This document shows, piece by piece, positions 37,564 to 50,740 of a DNA stretch of 64,000 bases; position 1 is the first letter of the stretch, and each line of letters starts with the position of its first letter. The stretch is from positions 1,240,001 to 1,304,000 of the forward strand of contig JBHGNT010000003.1 in the NCBI GenBank assembly GCA_043228905.1. Reading direction: 5' to 3'. The DNA is from Azolla caroliniana. Taxonomy: Eukaryota; Plantae; Polypodiophyta. The translations under genes were made by a program, and so were the position numbers. The notes beneath the pieces were generated by a model. It saw only the letters and a list, made by a program, of their open reading frames with translations. It was not told the origin of the DNA and did not search any database.

Positions 37564-39236
37564 ATGGCTATGGTGAGATTCACCTCCATCATCCCTGTAG
37601 AGCTCATTGTTGGGGTTTCTCTGTCTCTACTACTCCTCGTAGTAGGGTTGCATCAGTTATGGAGACCTTCAAGCAAGAAGCATAAGAGCCAGCAAGAGAA
37701 GAAACTTCCCTTACCTCCGGGCCGTCTTGGCCTTCCCTTCATCGGGGAAAGCCTAGAGTTTCTAGGAACACAAAGGAAAGGAATCCCATGGCAATTCTTC
37801 GACGATCGCATCTCAGCCTATGGAGAGACCTTCAAGACAAGCTTAATAGGTTCTCCGACAGTAGTCCTGGCTAGCCCGTCTGGTAACAAGGCAGTCTTCT
37901 CTAATAGCTATACATCATGGCCCATTAGCGTTGCCTCTATTCTCGGCAATGAATCCCTCCCGGCGTGTGTCGGACATCGTGCCACTCGCATACGGAATGC
38001 GCTCATGCAGTTCTTGCGGCCCGAATCCTTGCAAAGATACACAAGCCGTGTTGATCTCATTGCCCTTGCATTCATAAGAGAGCACCTTGAAGGAAAACCT
38101 AAGGTTGCTCTCTTCCCCCTTATGAAGAAGCTCATGTTCTCCATAGCTTGTGAGGTTTTCATTGGAAGAGGGGACAGAAAAGATCAAGATATGCTGCATG
38201 GCCCCTTCGACACCATGGCGAAAGGCCTCTTACAGCTGCCAATCAACATCCCAGGAACAACATATAGCAAAGCCCTCGCAGCTTCGGATGCGATAAGAAA
38301 GCAGTTGCAGGTATGGATCGACGAGAGAAGGAGAGATATGGATGCTGGCTCTGTCACTGAGCATCCAGACATCCTCTCCGGCTTCCTCGACTATACGGAT
38401 GAGCACGGAGAATCATTTTCTGATAAGGCCATCAAGGACAACATCCTGGCGTTGCTCTTCGCAGGCCATGATACCAGCACTTCTGTAGCCACAATGACCT
38501 GCAGATATCTTGCATCTAATCCCGAGATAATGTATGAAGTTTACACAGGTGTGTTTCATGCTCCCAATCATTCTCAATTCTTTCTTGATCAGCGCACAGA
38601 AAGTCTAATGATTTTTGCATGTGTTTTTTTGGTGGTGAATTACTCAGAGAACAAGGAGATCGCGGCAAGCAAGGCCCCAGGTGAGCTTTTGAATTGGGGA
38701 GATATACAGAAGATGAAGCTTTCATGGAGAGTGGTGCAGGAATCGATGAGGCTGCTGCCAGCATCGCCGGGGTCATTCAGAGAGGTACAGGAAGACATGA
38801 GCTTCGATGGCTTCAGGATCCCCAAATCATGGAAGGTGAGAGAGAGAATTCTATTAATTTTCCATGGAAGCTCTAAGCAATCTGATGTGATCCTTATCAT
38901 TCATGCATTTGGTTGTTATATTTTCTCTGCACACAGATATTCTGGTCCGTGAACTCCACCAATCGGAACCCCAAGTATTTCCGGGAGCCGGAGAAGTTCG
39001 ATCCGTCTCGCTTCGAAGGAGCAGGCCCGGGTCCGTTCACATTCGTCCCGTTTGGCGGGGGCCCGAGGATGTGTCTGGGCAACGAGTTCGCACGCATGGA
39101 GCTTCTCACCATCATCCATCGCTTGGTCACTCATTTCTCGTGGACCCTCGAGGATCCCAACGAACTCATATCAATCAACCCCTTGCCCTACCCTACGAAG
39201 GGTCTTCCTATCTTCCTCAAACCACGCATTCCATGA
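37564..39236 (+). CDS. Cytochrome P450, CYP716/CYP725-like, copy 2; exons 37564-38548, 38648-38835, 38937-39236 (490 aa)
   Basis: [21 protein letters not shown]; GT-AG introns; 188-bp exon 2; intact spliced frame. Confidence 0.95.
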
Positions 39237-40020
39237 TTTTTTTCACTACACACAAGAGTCGTTGGAAAATTGCAACAGTAAGAGAAGCTTCGAAGCTTCA
39301 CGATCCTGAACTACCCAAACGTTGTTGTGTCTTTACATTTGTTTTTATGTATCGGAATTTGGCAAGGCCTATGAGCATGTACATCGTTCAGCTTAACCTA
39401 TGTTTTACTCGTTACATATATCGTTCACATTGTTTCCTTGTTCAAGTAGGTTTGGTGTTTGGCTTTTTATCTGGTACATATATAGATAGAGAATAATGCT
39501 TTAGATTAAAAGTATTTGGTTCCATATACCGCGTACCTCGACCACATGTCTGCTAGCATCATGTCTGCTTTTGACAATTGAGCAAAGTCTTTTTGTTATA
39601 TCTAACTTCATCTTGTGTCATTACCTTTCTTTTGTATTTCTACATCTCCTTTAATGTTTGATATATAAGTTAGTTTAAATTGTTCCCTCGTGTGCGCTCC
39701 CACATGACGACAACATGTGCAAAGAATGGACCAAATTGACTTGTATGTGGTAAATTGCAACACAATCCATCAAAATGTGATACTTTTGACTCCCACGTAT
39801 TTTAAATCTCGGCCATTTTATGATATATAAATATTTGATAAAATGTCAGACCTCAAATTTGCTTGAACAAGAAAACAAAGTGAACTATATCATTGTTAAA
39901 TTCTTATGGAGGGTGTTTTATCAATTGCTAAGTTGAACAAATGTACATCTTCCTAAGGCTTGGCAAATTTCGAGGCATAGAAATAAGTGTACAAATGCAA
40001 ATTCGGTGGTTTTGAATAGT

Positions 40021-40195
40021 GAAACTACTCTTGTTGCAATTTTAGAACGACATTATGGTCACAAATTGAATCCTGTAATGCAAAGGTGAAGGAGGATAGG
40101 AAGCTCATTCACAAGGAGAGTAGGAAGTCTATCGATATGCTTTGTTGGGATCCTCGAAGATCCACGAGAAATGAGTGACCAAGCGATGGACAAGT
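40021..40195 (-). pseudogene. Inverted remnant of CYP exon-3 end plus 3'UTR
   Basis: Reverse complement reads catcgcttggtcactcatttctcgtggatcttcgaggatcccaac...cctatcctcctt...ttgcaacaagagtag. Confidence 0.85.
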
Positions 40196-41163
40196 GTCCC
40201 GCACATGCCAACTTTATTCTTTGTAATGATCAAACTCAAAGATAGCTATTAGCGAGAAGTGAGTGTCAACCTTATCCCTTGATTTTGTTGACACCCTTTT
40301 GTGGGTGAGGCAAGCGAGAAGTTGGTGTCAACAACTCATAGGCATATCTGTCAATATTTCCTTGGCCAATGGCTACCTAAGGAAACTGCCTAATCATGTA
40401 CCTCTCCTCTTATCTAACTAAAAATTAACACAAACAATGAAAGACTTATGTTAGTGGAAGATGCTTAATTACTAAACATAAGGAGATGATGAAAGATCAA
40501 ACCTATGATGCATGAAAGTCATGTTGCTCATTTGAGTCAACAGGTAGTGCAATAATATATCACACATAATTAAAAATGATGAGAATATAAATTTATAGAA
40601 ATATTGTTCACAACGAGTGGTTGATGTGTAAAGTTATGGGTTGAAGTATCACACATGACACTTACAATACTATTTGAATTTATTTTATGACACCGTAAGC
40701 TTGAGAGACAAAACTGAAAAGAAGACAAACTGTGTAAATCTTTGGTTAGTCTTGATTTCAAATCTATGGCATGCTATGAAGAACAAGAAAGATCCTTGAT
40801 ATTATTGACTTTAACTAATAGTTATATTAAATTTGCAAGCCTAAGCTTCAAATTCTCTAAAAATGAGCCCAAGCGTTAAATTCTCTAAAGTTAAATAATC
40901 ACATATGAAAAGCGGAGGAGGCTTGAGCATTCATTTAGTAAAATGTAGGGAATCTCATATTTATAATGTGGGGCATGTTTGGAATGTTGCCAAACTAGGA
41001 AGTTCCACAAGCTATAAGCATTTCACAAATTTTGCCATCAAATTTTTGTTGGACATGTTTCGAGAAGGAATGATCGATAATCCACACCCTTTACCTTGGT
41101 TTAATGAGGTCCTTTACCCCATTCGGCCATTCCCTTAATTATTTAAAAATTGATGCCAATCTT

Positions 41164-44100
41164 TTTTTTTTTCCAAAAAAAACTCCTTCCATTAGTTATA
41201 AAATTTTACAAATGAGACGATTATGTACAAATCCCTAAAGGGACGTGATAGTTCCATCTAATGTGGAAGCCCACTAACTCAAGAAAGGGAGAGGACGACC
41301 ATTGTTGGATGAAGGCTATGCGTTGTCTTTCAACTCCCTCGGAGCCACCTTTAAGGCCATCATATTGGCTCTTCAAAGTGGCTACAATTTCACTCCATAT
41401 CTCTTGCAGTAACCTTGTTGGATGGGTGGTTTGGTTGGAGAAGACTCGCCTACATCGTTGTTTCCATAGAATCCAAAGGGTTATTGGGCTGACCAATTCC
41501 AACACCTCTTGAGATTTGTCATTAAGAGGAATATAGTGGACATTGCCGCTGGAGGAGAAAAGAACCTCTTGTGCTTTTATCACCAAAGTCATCCCCTCCT
41601 CCTGATGCTCGTATCGGCCAATTGCAGCCTGCCATGATAGCCAACATATATTTCCCCACTTGATTGAACCTTGCACCTGGCATAATTGCAACAAGCGGCC
41701 AACCCCCCGCCATATTCTATGGGACGTTGGGCAGTCCCACAGAGCGTGTCGTATGGATTCTACTACATGTGGGCACTCTACACAATTAGGAGAGCTAAGG
41801 TTCCCACGTTGCCATGCTCCCACCGGTAGGGACTTATGTATTAACAGCCATTGAAAAGTGGTAATTCGCCTCGCGTGTTGTTGCTTCCAGATTTTCTGCC
41901 AAAACTTGGTGATTATTGCGGAGGGAACTTGAAATGTGTGCCAGACCTTCGCAGCAGCCGGTTCTTGCGCGGCTGTTAACTCTTCGGGCCGGACAATGGC
42001 CTAACACAAGGTGTCTACGTGAGACACTTCACCAAAGGGTGTTACAGCAACCGGATTAGACTTCAACGCTTAATCCGACTTAGTTAAGTTACTTATTAGG
42101 ATCGTCTTTCATAACACGCGTAAGATATAACAATTAAGTCAGAACGGCAATTAACACAGAGAGATAACAACACTTAAGCTTTCATTAATTAACCGCTAAC
42201 TATTACATTGTATCCGGGCCTTTAAATAGGTTTCCGGTCTGTATTACAAAACGGTGCCATCCGCACCTGTTCGGGATCGGTCCGGATCCGGAACGGCATA
42301 CCGATTCCAGTCCGTCCGTCCACACTCATAGCTTAATTACAACCACATTCCTACTACTTAATTAGCTCTCCGTTTCCCACTCTGGACTCCTTTGCCGGCC
42401 GGTAACAGCGGCTTGAGCAGCTAGAATGTGGCGACCCAATCTAATTGTGAATTGGAAGAAAGGGATGGGTGAGTGACGCCTTGGACACCAGGTAAAGGAG
42501 TGCCGAATGATCTACATGGAAGGAAAACTTCCTTCCCAATAAATAGTGCCGAAACTTTGTCACACTGTAGATCATTCCTAGAGCTTCCCGTTCCGTAGTA
42601 GAGTAGTTCCGTTCTGCTTGGGATAGCTTCCGGCTGGCATAGTACACTGGCCGGTACCACTTTGGTTCCGTAAGCTGCATCAGTACGCTTCCGATTGCGA
42701 TGTCGGAGGCGTCCACGAACACATGAAATTCTTTACTCCAATCTGGAGGTTGTACTACCGGTGCCTGCGACAATAGTACCTTGAGGGCCTTATACGCCCT
42801 ATCCTTAGTATCGGTCCACTGGAATGGTGTCCGATGTACGGCGGCATGCAACGGTGTAGCCAGGTCGGCCAAGTATCGGAGCATCCGGCTGTGCCACTGG
42901 ATCTGGCCTCAGAACTGGCTTAATGCCTTTGCCGTTGCCGGCGCCGGTGCTTCTAATATGGCTTTCACTTTGTCCGGGTCGACTGCAATACCTTCCTGGC
43001 TCACGAAATGTCCTAATAAAGTTCCACTGGACACGCCAAATACACATTTTGCCGGATTCAAGCTTAGCCGGTACGCTCTACACTTTTCTAGACAAAGACG
43101 GAGGTGCTGAAAATGGTCCTCCTCTCGGCTATAGACGGCGAAATCGTCAAGGAAAACCTGCATAAAAGCCGGTATATATTCACCAAAGATTTCCATGATG
43201 ATTCGTTGAAACGTTGCCGGTGCCGTTTTGAGTCCGAACATCATCACCACGGCCACAAACACCCCCCATTCGGTGACGAATGCCGTTTTCTCTTGGTCGT
43301 CGGGGTGCATCCGTATCTGATTATACCCGCTGAATCCGTCTAGGAAGCTATAGACCTCGTGGCCGGCGACGGCATCCAACACTCCATCTGTGAACGGAAA
43401 TGGAAACGCATCCGTTACCGTAGCCGCATTGAGTTTCCGGTAGTCCACGCAAACTCGAATTTTTCCGTTCTTCTTCGGTACGACTACGATCGGGCTCAGC
43501 CATGTCGCTTTCTTTACCGGACGGATAAAGCCAACTCTTAGCAGTTTGTCGATTTCTTCCTTGACCTTGGCAGGATAATTGGGATTCATCAGGTACCGTC
43601 TTTGTGCCACTGGTTTTGCGTCCTTGCTCAAGTGCACTTGATGCTGGTATAACTGAGGGTTGAGTCCTCGCATGTCTTCGTATGACCAGGCGAATATGTC
43701 GCGAAATTCCGTGAGAAGTGTTATCATCGCCATTTTGTCTCCGGACTTCATCTCCTTGGCGATGTGCACCGGTTTTGCTTCGTCCGTGGTTCCTAAATTC
43801 ACCTCTTCTAGTTGCGATGCTTTTACGCGCTGTGAAACGGCCATTTCCCATTCCAACGCTTCCTGCGCTTGCCGTAACTCCCGGATTGCGTCTTTATCCG
43901 GTTCTGCTTCCGCCTCTTCCGGTTGCGGTAAGTACGGTGCTACGGCTTCGGCAATGTCAATTTCGAAGAGGGGTATGATCTTCAGGTTTTCCTGCATGTA
44001 TTGAGCTTCTTCTTCGTCCGCTAACCCTTCGAGCATGTTGACGCATTCCGCATACAACGGTGTACATTCCTTGCCAGTGCTTGTCCTTGGCTGTGTTGGT

Positions 44101-47100
44101 ACCCGTACCTTGGCTTTTCCTCGCCGGAAGGTAATTATATTTTTTCGCCAATTCTGTTTGATATGCGCCGTTTTCAACCATGGCCGCCCCAGCAATAGCG
44201 GGTATGCGCCTTGTGTCTGTAATTGTAGCACTACCGCCGAGATGTGAAATGTATGCCCGCCGACGGTGACTTCTAATTTCCGTATTAATCCTGTCGGCCG
44301 CACTGAGCTTGTATCGGCCATCCGCAACCAGAACGGACACGGCTCCCACTCGTGGATTCCTAGGTCATCACACGTCCGGAGGCTTATTACATTTACCCCA
44401 GAGCCTCCGTCTATAACTGCGCCGGGGAGTTCTTTCCCTTTTACAATGGCAGTGATTACCGGACTGCTGGTGTCTACCATTGTTGGTCCCTCCTCCGGAT
44501 TCGAGAAGAGTACCGGTGCCGGTGATGGTTCTCCTGCCGTCATGGCCGTCTTCAGTCCTTCCGTGAATCTAGGCACGAGTTGTAGGAGTCTTCCTAGTGG
44601 TAACGTAATCTGGCATTCTTGCAACGCCTGCCATGTCTCGTTCTCGGAGTGACTACCGCCGGCAAGCCCTGCGATGTTCTCCTTTTGCTGCTGTAAGTCT
44701 GTGACATTCTGCTCGTTTGCTTTCTTTATCCATTCCGTTGCTTGTTTGCGGATGGTCTCCTGTGTCTCCCATTCTTTGGCCATGCCCTTCGACCTTGTGG
44801 TCACCTGCTGCAGGTCTGCCACCTCAGGGACTACCATATTTACCGCCGGTCGTTTTTCATAGCTCTTCACCGGGCATTGGTTACTATAATGGCCTTCCTG
44901 TCGGCAGTAGTAGCAGTAGGCTTTCCGGGCATTGCTAGATTCGGCCGTGTCTGTTGTACCCGGGGCAGGTCCTACGGTACGCGCGGGGTTTTGTACCGGT
45001 TGGTTACTTGGAGCGCCTTGTTCCGGATCTCGGGGGTAGCCGCCTTTTTTAAAATGCCGTTTTTTGTTAAAGCTCTTCTTATTACGGTACTCTTGACGGG
45101 GTTGCCCGTTATATCTGTCGTATTCCTCCCGTTGCTGACGATACCCGGGGGAGTGCTCTCGGTCGTACTGTTCGTATCGTCTATTGTAATCCTGGTACCG
45201 ATCATGCCGGTCATAGTTATCTTGCCGATCACCGTACCGGACATCATTTTCCCGTCGCTCGCCATACCGGACATCCTGTGCCGGTCGGTCACGGTCCATT
45301 CGCCGCCAGCGTTCGTCTTCTTCATCCCGGCTGCTACGTGGCTCAATTTGTCAGACGGGCGGTGCTTGCCGAGTCAACAGATTATACTCGCACCTATCCG
45401 TCGTATGGCTCTTGGATTGACAGATTACACATTGCGTCCTCATCGTGCATTCTAGAGCCGAGTGTCCGGAGTTCAAGCAGGTTGTGCACTGTATTGCTTG
45501 CCGAAACCGGAGGTCTTCATCGGACGGTAACGCCCGTTGAAGTGCGCTCAGTGTGAGCCAGGAACTTGTCTTTTCCATCTCTTTCACCCGGTCAATGACC
45601 TGGTCGATGGTACTTGTGCGGAAATCGATTACCGTGCAAACCGTGCGTAGGGGTTCTCAGAGCGCGTTTAGGAATATCGTCCGTAATTCCTCCTCCGGGG
45701 GTGCACGGGCAAGCTGACTATGCATCCGTTGAAACCGGATGACAAATTGGGGAATGCTCTCCCCTGCCTCTTGCCGGATGGTATAAAATAAGCCTACCAT
45801 TACGGTCTGGTCCACCTCCTTTTGAAAAAAATGCATGAATTTAGCTTTTAAATCTGCAAAGGTATTGATGGTAGACGGGTCCTGTGTCCGGCGCCATCTT
45901 GCTGCCGGTCCCTCCAATGTGACGCCAAACTCTGCTATCTTAGAGCGTTCTTCTTCCTCCGGTGTCAGTCGCTGGGACATATGGTTGGCTTCCCATGTCT
46001 GTTCAAAGGCGTGCACATGAGCTTCCGCGTCCGGATCATCTCTATACTTGGAGTACTGGAACGACATGTCGTCGTCCGGTATCGGTGCGCGGGCTGGTAG
46101 TGTTGTTGCTCGTTCCGGAATTTTCTCCGGTGTCGGTGGTCTTTCCCGATTTGATTCCGGTGTGGGTTGTTTCTCTTCCTTTGGTGACGGAGGCCTCTCC
46201 TCTTCGACTTCCGGTGTCGGAGGTCGTTCTTCTTCTGCTGGTTCCGGGGGTTCCAACGTTAGCACTTCCGGTTCCGGTTCCGGTGTCGGTAAGGTATCCG
46301 ATCCTTCGTCCTCTGGTCCGCCCGGGGTTTCGTTACTGCTACGGTAGTTCGTGTGCACGCTGTATTCCCCTTCGGAGTCCGATTCATATGCTGAAAAGGC
46401 CTCTGCTTCGCCTTCTCCGTTTGCCAACGCGTGGAGAAGGGATTCGGTTTCCCGGAGGCTGCTTAGGCTGCTGCCGTCGTCCGGGTGCGATGTTTGCTGT
46501 AACCAGAGGGAGTCCTCCGCTACTCTCCGGATTACGTTGGAAAACGAGCGATCCGCTCTAATTTCCTGCGCCGCTTGCTGGAAAGCCTTGCGTCTCCTTT
46601 GCCTTTCGGCAAGGCGCCGAGTTCGATCTGTAACCAAGTCGTGCGTTGATCTAGACATCCATCCGTGCCGTCGTTCGCTACAAAAACAGGAATCATGGTC
46701 GCCAAAAACTGTGTTAACTCTTCGGGCCAGACAATGGCCTAACATAGGGTGTCTACGTGAGACACTTCACCAAAGGGTGTTACGGCAACCTGATTAGACT
46801 TCAACGCTTAATCCGACTTAGTTAAGTTACTTATTAGGATCGTCTTTCATAACACGCGTAAGATATAACAATTAAGACAGAACGGCAATTAACACAGAGA
46901 GATAACAACACTTAAGCTTTCATTAATTAACCGCTAACTATTACATTGTATCCGGGTCTTTAAATAGGTTTCCGGTCTGTATTACAAAATGGTGCCATCC
47001 GCACCTGTTCGGGATCGGTCCGGATCCGGAACGGCATACCGATTCCAGTCCGTCCGTCCACACTCATAGCTTAATTACAACCACATTCCTACTACTTAAT

Positions 47101-48104
47101 TAGCTCTCCGTTTCCCACTCTGGACTCCTTTGCCGGCCGGTAACAGCAGCTTGAGCAACTAGAATGTGGCGACCCAATCTAGTTGTGAATTGGAAGAAAG
47201 GGATGGGTTTGCTTCCTTGCCCCGCGTAGGGATCACGCCATGTCCATTGCAAAGGGTCCCAATTGACCTTACGTAGCCATGTGTTTTCATGAGTACATAT
47301 ATGCCAATCGGGTTGTACTTTGATCGGATCAGGATCTACAATCCATTTATGACCAGTGTACACGAGTACTCGAATGGCGTTATTCGGTGTGGGTGTCTCA
47401 GTGTCTCGCAATTCATGGCCTTCAAGCTTGTCTGGTGATCCCCTACCTCTCGGGATTAGAGAGCCTTCCTCCTCGTGGCCTATCCATTTCTCCATTGTCG
47501 TCCTTTGAGTAGCAGATTCCCTAATCAGTAGCGCGTTAATGATTTCCGATCTCATAGTCCATCCGCCCCTGATTCCATGGAGTATGTTCGCTTGATCTTG
47601 TAGTGGCATTGACATAAACCGTTGCCAACATTCTATACTTTTGCCTAGACCTTCTGCAATGTATCCCCATGATAACCCCTTACGTGATCCCAGTAGTTGA
47701 TTAGATTCATCCTTGAGACATGGGTTCCATAGGATACGTTGATTGAGCCAGGTAGGTTCGGATCCCGGTTGATCCCACTGGAGCCCTCGACGAATGTCAC
47801 ACCATGCCTTTCACATGGATGCACTGAATCTGTCCTCCAAATGGCGGGAGAAACAAGGTTTGAGATCCATGTTTAGAATCCATCCCATTTGGGGGGCCCA
47901 ATTGACCCCTTTTCGTGGCCTAAAGTAAGCGGAACGTAACCTCAATAGCATTTTCCAACAATCATTTCCTAGTTGGAGTCCTCGCACCACAAATTTGGCA
48001 AGTAAGGCTTTCGATTGTGAAAGGGGATCAATAAGACCCAATCCCCCTCTCGACTTAGCCGTTGTGAGTATAGGCCACGCCACCTTGGCGCGAGCTACAT
48101 GGTC
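41164..48104 (-). mobile_element. 5'-truncated L1/Tx1-like LINE (ORF2 C-terminal half) split by Gypsy F
   Basis: TSD TTAAAAATTGATGCCAATCTT (41143-41163, 48105-48125); T-run = poly(A) at 41162-41172; KVAWP..KSRGGLGL and CVEC..ESIRHALWDC (zf-RVT) motifs. Confidence 0.9.
41974..47145 (-). mobile_element. Non-chromovirus-type Ty3/gypsy element F; integrase and PPT missing
   Basis: 434-bp LTRs 41974-42407 and 46712-47145; TSD GCGGC/GCAGC; minus-strand PBS TGGCGACC about 46704-46697; gag with three CCHC-like knuckles, IDGGS protease, DIFAWS, FLDD RT, FVDAS RNaseH; stops at 45657, 45351 and 42909. Confidence 0.93.
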
Positions 48105-48338
48105 TTAAAAATTGATGCCAATCTTAAAAGTAAGGTTTGCAAACATGTAAAAATACATATATTCACGACATTAATTTCGTACATGTAGAATACATTAAAG
48201 ACTTGTACCATGGAGGGATGATGACATCTTTGGATGTATGTGTGTATGCTTTGGTTATGGTGAAAAAGACGAGGAAGAATCATATATCTTTGGATATATG
48301 GTTCTCACACATATTGGTCAATGTTCATTGACACATAT

Positions 48339-48640
48339 TGTGAAATGTGTGGAATCTAAAACAATCAAGCAAACCACCATCCACAAACAGTGGCAAGATC
48401 TAATGGGAAAGTTGACAAGAAGTAATAGCCAACACACTAAGAAATAAATAAAAGCAACCGAACACACGAGACCTTTACGTGGAAACCCCAAATCAAGGAA
48501 AAAAGCACAAGACCCTTAGGGTACCAGAACTTCCACCATAACTAAGTTTACAAGTGGGTACAACCTCCCTAGATATCATCAGAGGAATACATAAGCATGA
48601 AGGCAACAATGTTGGCAACAATCTTCATCCAACAAGATGG
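48339..48640 (-). mobile_element. Third copy (truncated) of the CYP-promoter LTR
   Basis: Matches 36835-37135 in the same upstream context. Confidence 0.7.
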
Positions 48641-48646
48641 ATAAAC

Positions 48647-49715
48647 TGACAAGAACTACACGCCCCCTATGCGCAACGCTCGGCCACAACCGAGCTTAGA
48701 ATCATACATAGAAAAAAAAAACGAGGAGTGAATGCACGACACAGTGAAGAGAAGAGTACACAGGATGTTTACGTGGAAAACCCAAACTAGGGAAAAACCA
48801 CGGCAGCCCACAGGCTACAAACTATCACTATGTTACAACGTTGTCGCGTTGTTACGCGCGTGCGTGTAGAAGGGGCGGGACCGTGGGGGTCTTGGACTAG
48901 GGAGTGGAGGAGAAAGAATAGGACATGATATGCAGGCCTAGCTCAAGAGGAGAAGAGGAAAGAATAAGACCACGACATCGAAGGAGAGATCGGCGGAGGC
49001 AAGATGCTCAACAAGTTATGTTAAAACAACGAATGGTTACAACAGTGGTGGCCGCCGTGGCCGCACCAAAATGACTATCCGAAAACCCTAAAGGGAAACC
49101 CAAGAAGAAAACCCTAACCGAAACCCTAACCCTAAACGAAAAGGGAAGAGGGAGAACCCCTCGACTAAGTGGTATACCTTACTCGCACAAAATAGGCAAC
49201 CCCTCCATAAGTGACCCCTCCCCTCCTTTTATAGCCCAAGGAGGGAGGGACCTTACAATGTGGGACAAAATGTCCCCTCACTCTCTATACACCATATCCT
49301 AGTATACATGTGCACAGGTTGCACACCGCCGACTTGCCCCCTTCCACCCCGGTTTCCGCCCATGGACGAAAATCTTCACGACATCCACCCCCACCAAACC
49401 GCACATCCACCGGTATGTGCCAAGAAAGGAAAAGGGTGAGAGATTTCGTCCACGGTGATCAACCGGGTCTTTCGCCTTACCGGCACCCAACCTTCTTGCC
49501 GGCCCCGACCCGCCGAATCCATCCGATCCACCACGTCCACCGCGTTTCCCCGAACCGTCGGCTCCGTCCGATCCGCCATATCCGACGTTCACGCCTTCTT
49601 CTTTGACCAACCCTCCCGAACGCCATTGCCGATCTGGTCACTCTTACTTTGTCCGCCATGTAGGTCCTCCGATTAGGCCCTCGGTCACCCTGTTTGCTCG
49701 ACGGATTCCGCCCCT
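48647..49715 (-). mobile_element. LTR fragments running into the gap: 48647-48841 (family of the 21705 solo LTR) interrupted by another LTR-like sequence 48842-49715
   Basis: 48647-48841 is the reverse complement of about 22465-22647; 48842 starts TGTCGCG; AAACCCTAA repeats and minus-strand TATA (ctataaaagg, about 49230). Confidence 0.65.
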
Positions 49716-49815
49716 NNNNNNNNNNNNNNNNNNNNNNNNNNNNNNNNNNNNNNNNNNNNNNNNNNNNNNNNNNNNNNNNNNNNNNNNNNNNNNNNNNNNN
49801 NNNNNNNNNNNNNNN
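49716..49815. other. Assembly gap (100 N; true size unknown)
   Basis: N run. Confidence 1.
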
Positions 49816-50509
49816 AGCATGTTATCTCGACGTTTATTTGTCGAGAGAATAATCCATTGTTTATATTCAATTTTAGTTTATTTGCAAAATAAGCGGGGGT
49901 TATGGAAATTCTATAGTATGAACCATATGTACCATATGTGCATTCACACTCGAGTATGTTTCGATAGTTCGAGTATGGTAAACACCCTCCAAGTATGGTA
50001 AATACCATACTTTTGTATTCATTATTTACTATAAGGTAAAACGTTTTTATAAGCTTTTGACGATTGAGCTAAGTCTTTTGTTATATCTAACTTCGTCTTG
50101 TGTCATTACCTTCTTTTCGTATTTCTACCTTTCCTTCAATCCTTCGTATTGTAATTTAGTTTATCCTATTCCTTCATGTCCGCTCCCACATCACGACGAT
50201 GTGTGCAAAGAGTGGACCAAATTGACTTGAATGTGGTAGAATACGACACAATTAATCAAAATGTGATACTTTTGACTCCCACATGTTTTTAATCTCAATC
50301 ATGTTATAATATACATATAAATATTAGTCAAAATGCCAGACCTCAAATTTGCTTGAACACGAAAACAATGTGAAGTATATCATTGTTAAAACTTATGGAG
50401 GGTGTTTTGTCAATTATTCAGTTGAACAAATGTACATCCCTCTAAGGTTTGCCAAATTCCGAAGCATATAAATAAATGTATGGGTACAATTTGGGTGGTT
50501 ATGAATGCC

Positions 50510-50740
50510 AAAGCTACATTATGGTCAAAAATCAGATCATGTAATGTGAAGGTGAAGGAGGATGTTGGAAGCTCGTTCAAATGGAAGGGTAGGAGGTCGA
50601 TCGATGTGACTTTGTTGGGACCCTCAAGGATCCACGAGAAATGAGTGACCAAGCAATTGATGAGTGCCAAAATTTCTAAACGGACAAACATGAATGGAGT
50701 GGGGCTTGCTCCTTCAAAGCACAATGGATCGAATATTTGT
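50510..50740 (-). pseudogene. Second inverted CYP exon-3 remnant
   Basis: FDPLCFEGASPTPFMFV..EILALINCLVTHFSWILEGPN..ILLHLHIT*; heme motif deleted. Confidence 0.85.

Noticed and set aside
37564-38952. 462-aa ORF (and 421-aa ORF at 62279) as single-exon truncated P450s
   Set aside because: They read through 3n introns; canonical splicing gives full-length proteins with the heme motif
42781-46797. Numerous plus-strand ORFs opposite Gypsy F (likewise ORFs antisense to Copia B and the CYPs)
   Set aside because: Shadow ORFs of GC-rich coding sequence with no recognisable motifs
49081-49137. AAACCCT(AA) repeats as an interstitial telomere
   Set aside because: Only a few dispersed telo-box-like units inside an LTR-like sequence
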